A stretch of 64,000 bases of DNA from Geosiphon pyriformis uo1 (Eukaryota > Fungi > Glomeromycota): contig JAAOMT010000239.1 in assembly GCA_016748015.1 (NCBI GenBank), positions 547,554 to 611,553 of the forward strand, in the 5' to 3' direction. Made by a program: the position numbers and the translations under genes. Under the pieces are notes generated by a model. That model was not told the origin of the DNA. It saw nothing but the letters and a program-made list of their open reading frames with translations, and ran no database searches. This document shows positions 52,996-64,000 of this stretch, in pieces. The first letter of the stretch is position 1; each line of letters opens with the position of its first letter.

Positions 52996-55900
52996 AAATC
53001 CAAATAATAATTAACTGTTTATTTTTAAACAATAAACAAATTAATAAAAATCTATTAAAAATTCTAGAAATTTTGAAAATATGTTTAATTAAATAATTAT
53101 ACATAATTATAGCAATATTAATATTTAAAAAACTTAAATTTAAATCTGAAATAAAAACTTATATACTATTATATTTATTTATAATTCAAGATTTTACATA
53201 TAAATAAAGCTTTGTTTTTGTAATATTTAAAATATTATTATTCAAATTTTTATATTATCTAATAATATTATTTTGTTTAACAGAAATATGTATATTTTTA
53301 ATATGTACCTATTTTTTATACTAAATTATTTATTAAAAATAAAATAAAAATATTAAATTATTATTTAAACAAAAAAAATTTAACTTCTTTAGAATTATTT
53401 TAACAAATTTTTTTAAAACCAACAAATTAATTTCTAAGTTATTAATTTTAGTAGTAAAAACTTTAAGCTATTTGTAGTCAATATTAGAGACCAGTTTATA
53501 ATACCAGTTATAATAAATTGTTTTAACAAAAATTTATTAACCACTATGTTTAAATTCAAATTAATTATATACAAAATTATTTTTTTAAAGTATAACAATA
53601 GAAAAGTAAAACAAAAAAGTTTAATTTATATATAATATTAAAAATTTAGTTAATTAAAAATTTCAGAAAATATTTTAATATACACAAACAAAAATCGAAA
53701 ACTAATATTATAAAAACATAATTAAATATATTGATTATACTATTTATTATTAAAATACTATAAATTAAAACATAAAAAAATATATTAATATTTTTATTAA
53801 TAATTAAAAACTATATTTTACCATTAAATAAAACTGAATAAAAAATTAAAACCTGTTTTTTATATATATATATATATATAATACTATTTATTAAATACAA
53901 AAAAAGTTATTTTAATATAATTTAATAATTTTTTGCCAAATTAACACTTACTTAAAACATAATTATTTTGTTTATATTTAATATACAAAAAAGATATTAA
54001 ATCAATTTAACACAAACTTATATTCTTAAATAATACATGTTTTTTACTATATAACAACAGAAAATTTAAAAAATTATAAACAATAATACATATAAAAAGT
54101 GTTTATAAAAAAGCATAATAATAATTTCTAAAATTTTATCTTTGTTTATTTATATTAGCTTTAATTATATATATAAAATTTTTACTTATTAAAATTAATT
54201 ATTTAAAAGTATTTAAATTAGTAATTTTGGTATTTTTAAATTTAACTAGTGATTTTTGTTAAAGACTAATTAATTGTATTTTGATTATTATAATTTTATT
54301 AAATTTAAATAATATTAATTTTAATATTAATTTAAAAAAATTTATTAGAATTTTTTTATTAATAATTTTTCAATCTAATTTAATATTAATTTAAAAAAAA
54401 TTAATATTTACAAAAATATTTTTTTAACAACCAATTTTTTTAATTTTGTTTAAACTTAATTTAAAAGTAAACATTAATTAAATAATGTCTCAAAATTATA
54501 GCAAAAAGAAAAATGCAAGTTTAAAAACTAGTATTACAACAAATTGTATAAAAAAAGAGCTTTTTTTTCAAGAAAATGTATCTTATTTTAGATATTTTAA
54601 TAATCAATTATTTCTTCTACATCTTTACAAAATTAAATAAAAATCAAATATTCAAACCCAAAAATCTTTAAATAATTATATCTGAAATCTTCAAAACTCA
54701 ACTAATGTTTTGAAATTAATTAGCTACCAATTTCAATAATCTGTTAGTGACTTCAGACTTGAATAAAAAATGCTTCTCTTAACAAAATTTTATTTCTTTT
54801 ATGTTTCTTTTATTTTTTTTATTTTTTTATTATAATTATTAGGGTAGCCTACAGACAAGATTCTTGTAGAAAAGTTGATTTTACAGCAAAGTAACTACAC
54901 ATTTTAATGAGCTTTCAGATAAGCAATTTCTGGAAAAGAGTTGATATTTACTATAATGTAACTACACAAAGTAACTGGCACAGAATTGGCCATTTTACTT
55001 ATAAGTTCAGCAGTTCAAATTGTAGGAGATAATTTGAAGATAAATTCAGTTATTAAAGATTTACTAGCTTCCAGAAAATGTGAATTGGTAGCAAACAGAA
55101 ATTAATAATATTTAAGAAAAGAGACCAAAAATCTCTAGTAATAATAGATTAAAATTGAATTTTAAAGTCAGTATTTAATATTATGAATTATTTTTTTTTA
55201 GTAATTATATTATGATTAATTTTTATGGCTTTTTAAATCAAATAATAATATAAAAAATTATCTAATTTTAATATAAGAATAAGTGTATTAGTCTTAATTA
55301 ATATTATTTTTAATTTATATTAGATTCTTGTTTAATGTATTGTTACTATTTTTTTATTTAATGATCTAAAAGTTAATTTGATGGGTTTTTCTTAACTTTT
55401 TAGCAGATATTAAATAATTTTTTTTAGTGAGTATTTTTGTTATTAAATTTAATATATGGCATAATGTTTTATTAAAATTATTATTAGTAATTACTGCTAT
55501 ACTAGTTTTTTAAAAGAATTTCTGTTATATTCTTATACTTTCAATTGTGTTTTTTCTTAAAACTTTTGTAAAAATACTTTTTTTATTTTACATTAATACC
55601 AGATATCTGTATTTTTTTACTTGTAGTAAAATAATACTTTATTTTTAATAAATTCAACAAAATTAGTATTTATAATATAATTTTAATTAGAGATTATTTT
55701 TTAAAAATATGAAGAGCTTATTTTAGATTTTTAAGTCAACTGTTAATTTTGGCCAAGATATTATTATAAGTAGTTTCTAGGTAATTTTATGTATTTAATA
55801 TTCTTTTAATGTGTTTTTAATCTTGTTAAGCTTGAATTTTATTCATGCTTTTGTTGGTGTATTAAATGTTTTTATTATTGTTTTTTATTAATAAAAAAAC

Positions 55901-58420
55901 AATAGTAAAAAAATAATAATCTTTTTGGTTATTCATAAAAAATCAGATTATAAAGATAAAAAGTTTTTAATTTTATTAATCTTAGTATTTGTAGATATTA
56001 TAATATAAAGCTTAAAAGACACATTTTTTAACTTTTTTAAAATTATAATCTAAGTCTTCTATTTTTTTTAATTTTTTTTATCTAATTAATTTTTTATTTT
56101 TTATTATTCTTTCTTCTTGTTTGTTTTTTTTCTAATTAGAAAGCTATCATATTTATACATATTTTGAGTTATATATAATCATGTATATTTTAACTAATTA
56201 ATAAATAATTGCTAAACTATTAAATCTTCTATTTAATTATAAGTGCTTTTTGGTTTACTTGTTTATAATTACATTAAATTGAATATGTTTGTACACATTT
56301 TGTATACTATTGTATACATGTTATGTTTTCTAATATTATTTATTAATCTGTATTATTTATACTATAATTTAATAATTAGTTAATATATTATGATATTATT
56401 ATTTTTGATTTTTGTTAATTTTTATTGGATAATACTAATTATAATATAAAAAAATAAAGCAATAACAGAAATAATAAGTGATAATTAGTAATAACATATA
56501 ATTAAAAACAATCTTATAAAATTAAAGAATATATATAAAAATAAGTAATTTTAACAAATAGAAAAAAACAAACAAAAAACAAAAACTTATTTTCTTAAAA
56601 TATATCTTATTTTTAATATGATAAAATTTTTTATCTTATTTTTTTTATATATTTTTATTTTATTAAAAAAAATATTATTTAATTTACTTGTACATAATTT
56701 CAAAATTCATGTTATTAAAGTTAAATTAATTATTTTTCTTAATTTATTTTAAGTTAGATACTATTAATATAAATAATTTTAGAACTTTAATGACTTAAAT
56801 TAATTGTTCTTAATTATAATAATTAATAATATTAATTTCTCTTCTATTTTTTTATTTTTTATTATTTTTTTATTATTTTTTTATTATTTTTTTTATTATT
56901 TTTTCTGCTAATAAAATGACAATATTAAAAATTAATTGTTTGAAAATAGACTTCATAATAGCTTAATAAAAGAAAAAAACTTTTTTTAAATATGAATATT
57001 AATTTTATTTTGTTAACTTACCAAAAAAATAAAAAACCAATACCAAATTTTAGCAACTGTGTTTAATTAGCTCAAAAAAATAATTTATATCTATAATTAT
57101 AAATTGCCAAAATATATTTTTGTGTTTTATAACCAAAAAACTCCACAGATAAATTTACATATAGCAAAAATTTTTAAAGATTGATAAACTCCAATACACT
57201 TTCTGTGTAATTAAAAAAAACTTCACAATTCTCTTACTAAAATTCAAAATACTAAATATTATTATATATTTTATTAAATTTATTTATAATAATATATATT
57301 TTATTTTTTTAATATTAAAATAATTTTTATTAGTTTTATTAATATTTATATTTTTGACCAAAGAATTAACTAGTTTATAATTATAAATAAGAATAAAATA
57401 GTTTAATATAGATATTAAAAAAAAAAACTTTTTTTTGCTTTTATTATAAACAAAAAATTAATAAAAAAAACATTAATATAAACTTTTTAAAGTTTATAAT
57501 TATGTTTATTAAAATTAGTTTTAATTAATATATAATTAAGTGGTTTAATATATTAAATTTTAATTAATTATTACTATTTTTAAAAACAAAACAAATATTT
57601 TTTTTACATATAATTTTAATTAATTAATTTATTAAGTTACTTAATTTTAAAAATTAAACCAATAAAACTTTTTTTTCTTTTATTTTTATGATTATAATTA
57701 AAACAAAAAGTAAAAAAATTGCATTATTTTTATTTTTATTATTATTTAAAACAATTGATATTTTTTTTTATTAGTAAAACTTTAATAGCTATAAAAACTT
57801 TTTATTAATATTTTATAAAAACAATTTTTTTAAATAAAATAATATTTAAGCAGTTTTTTGTTGCTTTAAAAGCATTTTTTTGTTTTTAATTAAAAGTTTT
57901 TTTTTTCAAAGTTTTTTTAAAATAGTTTATTTAGAATAATTTTGATATGATTTTTGTTTTCTCTAAAAATTTTAAAGTTTTTAATAAAAAGCCAATTACA
58001 AAGCTATTTTTCTCTTTAATTTTTTTATTTATTGTTGTTCAAAAAACCAAAAAAACTAAAATAATCAAAAAACAACTTTTTTATATTTCTGATATTTTGT
58101 TTGGCAATTTTTTTAAAATGGTAAAAGATTTTTTTTCTGGTAATTTTAATGGTTTTTGTGTTTTAAGATTTGTTTTTTTTTGTAAAAAATAATGTTTTAA
58201 TTTTTTCTGTCTTTTTAATTTTTTTATCAATCTTGTATTATTTATATTAATCATAATATTTAGTCTTATTGAAGCTATAAGTAAGAAATTTTTTTTATTT
58301 TAAGTAATAACAATAAAACATATTAGCCAATTTTGGTCAAGATTAGGTTTTGATTAATATATTAATTTTTGGGTGATTTTATTAATTTAAATTTAAAACA
58401 TAATATGTTTTTAAGTATAT
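52996..58420. other. Extremely AT-rich desert containing decayed repeats
   Basis: Composition; contains a recognisable decayed LTR. Confidence 0.6.
54490..55143 (+). repeat. Decayed A/B-family LTR (solo or 3'; no PBS follows; left end uncertain)
   Basis: Aligns with 9905-10552, mostly via C>T and G>A changes. Confidence 0.85.
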
Positions 58421-59521
58421 TATTACTTATAAAAAAAAATACCAAAAAATTTAAAAAAAACAGATTATAAAATAGACCAATAGAAGAATAATACTTAAAG
58501 AATAAACATATTTTTAGAAAATTATAACACATTTTTAAGAATAAGCATATTTTTTGAAAGTAATATAGAAAAAAAGTAGAAATATATAGAATCTTGTATA
58601 ATATAAATTATGTATATATAGCAAAAGTATTAAAAACAGAAAAAACAAAACAATAATAAAAACAGTAATTAGAGATAAATAATTATCTAATATCTCTTTC
58701 TTTAAATAATAATTTTCTATAACTTGAAATAGAATTATACCCATATTAATAAAAATATCTATTATTATCTAAATCTATATTATTATTGCTTAAATAAGAA
58801 ATATTAATTACTTTTGTACTATCAACAATTTATGTTAATAAAATTCAATACTTAACTTTACTGAACTAATAACTCTTAATTATAGCTATTGACAAGATAT
58901 TAATTTTTTATTTTTTATTTTATTTTTATTTTATTTTTTTATTTTCTTTTGTTTTGTTTTCTTTGTTGTTTACTAATTAATTAAAAAATTAAATACTAAT
59001 TAATTGACATTAAAGATAGTCTAATAAAAAACTCATAGAACAAAAATAAAAAAACTTAAAGATAGCTTACTAGAAAAGCACAACTGCCAAAATAAATCAG
59101 TTATTATACTGAAAACAAAAATTAGAAAAAACCATTGATAAAATTTTTGTCTATTATACAAAAAACTCAACCAAAACTTTTAGACTCCAAAACCTTCAGA
59201 AATTACTATCAAACTTAACTATTGAACATCAAGTTATGAATTTGTTATTTACTCTAACATTTCAAATAATTATCTGTAATACTTGGTATTTCCTATAAAA
59301 TATAATTTAACAAAAAACCAATACTAATATTAACTATTCAGAAAAGTGGCAAACCAAAAAAGCATAAAAAAAATCATTTAGAATTTGCAAAATTTTTATT
59401 TTAATATTACCAAACTCATTTTGGATTAACAAATAATTATTGGCCAGTAGAATTAGCTTTTAAATTCTATGTAAAAAAAAATTATACATTATTTGAAAGG
59501 CCAAAAAATTTCAGAAGCCAC
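58421..59521 (+). mobile_element. Heavily decayed C/D-related element G: LTR 58421-59281, PBS relic, start of gag extension
   Basis: TATTACTTATAAAA equals TGTTACTCATAGAA with transitions only; ends CTGTAATA; PBS relic TGGTATTTCCTATAAAA; AAAAGTGGC at 59342. Confidence 0.75.
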
Positions 59522-59682
59522 TATTACAGGTGATTATTTGGGATGTTGATACAAATAATAAATTCATAACTTGGTGTTCAATAGTTATTTCTGGTTGGTA
59601 ATGTTTGAAAATTTTGGTAATTCAAAGGTTTTTGGTTGAGTTTTTTGTATAATAGACAGAAATTCAATGGTTGTGTTAGTAG
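59522..59682 (-). repeat. Inverted LTR 3' end (element H, C/D-related), inserted in G and interrupted by D
   Basis: Reverse complement aligns with 60400-60567; no PBS after its end. Confidence 0.75.
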
Positions 59683-60567
59683 TGTTACTCATAGAAATAT
59701 AAGAAATATATTAGCATAATTATTAGCCAATCAGAAGTAAGCGTAGTAAATGTGGAATTCCAGGATTTCTCTCAAGAATTGCAGGATTCCAGGAATTTCA
59801 GGATTCCCAATGAGGAATTGCAAGATTCCAGAATTCCAAGATTCCTCTCAAAAAAATCACAGGATTCCAGGAATTCCAGGATTCCTGTTGTGAAGAATTG
59901 AGGAATTGAGGAATCTCAATTATGTATATATAACAGTAGTGTTAGAAACAGAAAAGACAGAATTGATACCACAGAATTCTTAACCTAGAAACACAATCAT
60001 CAAATAAATAATTATTTCATATCTTAAATCCACTCTCCACTATCAACCCTTCATGTTGATAGTAATTGATACTTAACCACACTAGAACAATAGCTCTTGA
60101 TCATGGCTATTAACGGGATACTAATTTGCAAATTGCCTTGGCTTATTTTTTTGCTTTCTTTATTTTTTCTTTTATTTCTTTTTCTTTATTTTATTTTGAT
60201 TTGTTGTTATATACTAATTGATAAAAAATTAAGTGCTGAGTTATTGATGTCAAGGATAGCCTGGTAAAAGACCCAAAAATACAGGTAGAATTTTATATAT
60301 TATTGGATAGCTTACCAGAAGGGCACAACTGCCAGACTAAATCTGGCCACCATGCTGAGAAAGAAATTGGGAAAACTCTTGGAAAATATATCTACTATCG
60401 ACACTATTGAATCTCTGTTCATTATACAAAGGACTCAACCAAAACCTTCAGATCCATTAAAACCTTCAGATACAGCACCTTCAGAACAGCCTCAACAGAA
60501 GTAGCTTTTGAGCACCAAGTTATGAGTTTGTTATTTAATTCAACAGCAGAAATATTTACCTGTAACA
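59683..60567 (+). repeat. 5' LTR of D (885 bp)
   Basis: TGTTACTC...TGTAACA termini, followed by the PBS. Confidence 0.92.
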
Positions 60568-60629
60568 TTTGGTGCTTCCTGTAAGGTATAATCTTACAAA
60601 GAACCAGCACCAACAACACCAAACCAAAA

Positions 60630-63600
60630 GTGGCAGAATCAGAAAATATAGGAGCAAACCATTTAAGATTCGCAAAATTCTTATTTCAACACTATTGTCA
60701 ATACTTGGGATTAAATCACAATTATATATCCGCTGAATCAGCCTTCAATTTCTACATTAATGAAAAGATTTTTTTTTTATTAAGAACACCAGTGAATACT
60801 GAATCAGCAAGAGAAACTTTCTATAGGGAATTAATTCAAAATACCAACCTGTCAACAAATCATAATTTCGCATCCATCATCACTGAGATCAACAAAAAAA
60901 TTGAACACTACACTCAACAAAGATATCCAATTACATACGCTAGTAAAGGCAAGGGAAAATTACAAACACCAGCAGTAATACCCAGAAAATTACAGCCACC
61001 TGCTTGGAAGAAAAACAGAGTTGAATCCCCAAGCAACCCATCTTACCACTATACATCTGGAAGTGCCATCAACATATCATCAACTGACGCGTTCTCATCA
61101 ACTGCAACATCAGCATTTGGACAATACCCATTCCAAAGTAGACAAAGGAAAACAGAATTGTTAAAACCATACGGCGAATACTTTGAGAGATTTAATTTGC
61201 AATCATCAACCCCATCAGGACTTTGATCACCACCACCTCCACCAGATTTTGGAATCTCTGATCCATGGGAAGCAGCAGAATCAGAAAAAGAGGAAGAAGA
61301 ATCAGAGGATCAAGAATTTACTTACCAAAAACCCGATCACTGAAAGCCCAGAAGTTGAAATCCTGGAAGTTGAAACCCCAAATCTTCAAGCTCAGCAAAA
61401 TTTAAATATAGAAAATTCGGAAATTAAAACTCTGAATCAGCAAAGACAGAACAATTCAAAACCCAAATTAATTAATCAGCAAAACTTACCTCCGATAATC
61501 ATCATCGATCAACTGCCGATTAATCCAGTAGCCGAACCTATACAACAGCCACTTCAACTATCATCCCAACAACTACTTCAACAGCCACCACAACCATCTA
61601 ACTTTGACCCAATGGCCTATGCACCCATCACAAAACTCGACAACTTTACTGGTGAAGAGGATGATGCTTAAGTATGGCTGAATAATGTAGAAAAAGCCAT
61701 TACAGCCAACGGATGGAATGATGCCTGAGCCATGCAAGCCATTCCCTACTTTCTCAAAGATACCACCAATTCATGGTATCAGAGCTTGGTTAATAAACCA
61801 CAAGATTTCAATGCCTTCAAAGTGGAATTCCTAAGATACTTCAGCAACAACAATAGCATTAATCGCCTAGTCAATACATTTACCACCATAAAACAAGGAG
61901 AAACTGAAGCAGTCACCACTTACCTGGAATGCTTCCATCGAAACTTGCGCCAAATTCAAGCAATTGATGACGACTATTTCACAGCACCACAGATACTTAA
62001 CCAGTTTATCCATGGCCTATGCAGCAGTATCTTGCAACATATATATCTGTTGCATCCTGGCATGCTTCAAAACACAGTCACACACGCCAAAGATTTTGAA
62101 TCTGCTGAGTCAGAGGCTAACCATGCCTAAGCTGTTAATCTAATAATGAATAGATCATCTGAATTGGATTCTAAATTGGAGAAGTTCAGTGAATTAATCA
62201 ATAAGAGATTGGAAGGATACTTAACTGACAATCACACCATTTATCAGCCTCCACAATGACACAATAACCAAGGACATTCTAATCATGGCCAAAATCAACC
62301 GTGTCCATCTTTATCAACCAATCAACAGTGGCAACAAAAAATGCGTATCTGCCACTATTGTGGTAACCAAGGACATATCCAAATTGACTGTTATCAGCAT
62401 TTAAATAACCAACGATCGGAAAATCAATATCGAAACCCTGATCACTGGTTCCAAACTCCAAATCATTATCCAAATCAAAGTCAAGACCAATATTGGAATA
62501 ATTACCTGCCAATAACACAGCAACCAATCTATCAACTGCCAGTATATCAACCTCCAATTTATCAACCGCAGCCACAAGTAATATATCAACCACAGCCACA
62601 AATTATTTATCAACCCCAACCAATTCAAACACCACTTCAGAATCCAGCTCAAATGACATCAGACAACCCTCAATCCAGAGTCACTCAAAACTGGAGATCG
62701 GCGATAGTTGTTCACCAACCAATTCCCCATTCACTAGACTTACCATTAAGATCACGCACCTAGAATTTGAATACCAGTCGCGTCCAAAACCCAAATTCCC
62801 AACATTATTTAAGTCTCCTGGTTACCCCAGAAAATGCCACATCCAACAACACAGAATCCAATTAGCATATACCTACCAACACAATTCTACTGGCAACCAT
62901 CTCTAGCGACAAATCCCTAGCAGCCATCTTTCTTTTCAAACTCGAAGAAAACACACCAATACTATTATTTAGTGGAGCCACCCTCAAAGAGAAACCCATA
63001 ACAGCAATATACATGGATGTCAGAGTTGATGGTCACCCCATCAAACTCATCCTAAATAGTGGATCAGCTGGCAGTATAATCACACGAAAACTCATAGATC
63101 AATTAGGTCACCAAGTTGATTGAGCTGCCAGCACCAGAATCATCACAGCCAATGGAGCGACCAAAACTCCAATCAGTGAAATCGACGAGTTTCCTTTTGA
63201 AGTCAATGGCATCATGACTCCCATTAAAGTTCTAGTAATGGAAGCCACTCAATACCAAGCTCTCGTTGGTAATGACTGGCTATCCAAAGTTAATGCAACG
63301 TTAAACTGGAACACCCAAGAACTCTAGCTAACGTATTAGGGCCAACACATAGGTGTTCTGGCCATGTGTGGCCACTTCAAAATGCCTCCAAGAAAAAAAC
63401 TATGGATTGAACTGGAGGAGGAGAAAGAAAAGCCTATCTGGGAAGCCTACCAAGTATTGTGGGCTAATGAAGAGCACAACGAGCTGCCGCCAATACTCTC
63501 CTGGGATAACAACAACAAGAAAAAAGGGAAACAAAAGGAAGAACTTACCTGGGAAACTGATGACCTGACATGGATCGACAACGATGAGAGTGAACTGACT

Positions 63601-64000
63601 TCAAGCTGGGAATGAGAAGAAGACAAAGAAAATAAAGAGAAAAGAAAAAAAAAAGAGACCACCCAAACCACTATCACTTATAACACCCACACTATACCAC
63701 AACAATCTACCTATCGTCGACCTAAGCTTATATGCATTGATTGTGGTAAGAAATTGTCATCAATGGGCACATGCTGTGGCGACGATGAGGAATACCACAT
63801 CACAACAAAATTCTACTGTCATCTATGCTTATTCAAACGCTTTGGATGACCAAAAAGACAAGAAAAATGGGATAACCAACCTTGTCTCACTTGTGGGGAG
63901 ACCCTGCTAGATGAAAGGATGTGGAATGACATTCCAGGATGTGGAGGAACGTGCGACGTATCATGTCAATACATGATTCTAATAAGTGACTGGGTAAGGA
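60630..64000 (+). pseudogene. Element D polyprotein N-terminal half (GTG extension-Gag-PR-Cys-rich)
   Basis: Motifs CHYCGNQGHIQIDC, LILNSGS, CIDCGKK; stops and at least one frameshift near 61330. Confidence 0.88.

Larger units (their letters stand above)
59683..64000 (+). mobile_element. Ty3/Gypsy element D (sister of C), 5' part; runs off the right edge
   Basis: LTR 59683-60567, PBS 60570-60586; gag, PR and Cys-rich domain collinear with C. Confidence 0.93.

Noticed and set aside
53861-53880. (TA)n microsatellite
   Set aside because: Ordinary in AT-rich DNA.
57947-58744. Short F/L/I/K-rich ORFs in the AT deserts (also 22763-22984, 52775-53104)
   Set aside because: Compositional artefacts; no domain evidence.

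Overview
This is a eukaryotic (fungal) transposon graveyard, not a prokaryotic window. The TKL kinase type and element families suggest Glomeromycotina, possibly Geosiphon-like (inference). About 75% of the window is nested, mutated retroelements: eight Ty3/Gypsy LTR insertions or remnants (labelled A-H), one decayed solo-like LTR and two APE-RT LINEs (L1, L2). Two very AT-rich deserts (40.9-45.4 kb and 53.0-58.4 kb) look like hypermutated repeats. The only intact host gene is a 3-exon tyrosine-kinase-like kinase at 23336-24915. The most interesting signal is an unusual architecture shared by otherwise divergent LTR families. (1) The leader is AUG-depleted, and a conserved GUG opens a Met-free N-terminal extension of Gag. 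(2) One polyprotein encodes Gag-PR-Cys-rich domain-dUTPase-RT-RNase H and stops exactly 4 codons after the RNase H LSR motif. (3) Integrase is a separate AUG-started ORF. (4) An orphan ORF3 lies before the 3' LTR. (5) Covarying RNA structures occur in the LTR (AGC-helix-AAG-helix junction) and just before the PPT. All alignments and counts were made by eye. Four 20-N gaps make the 32-35.4 kb layout partly uncertain.
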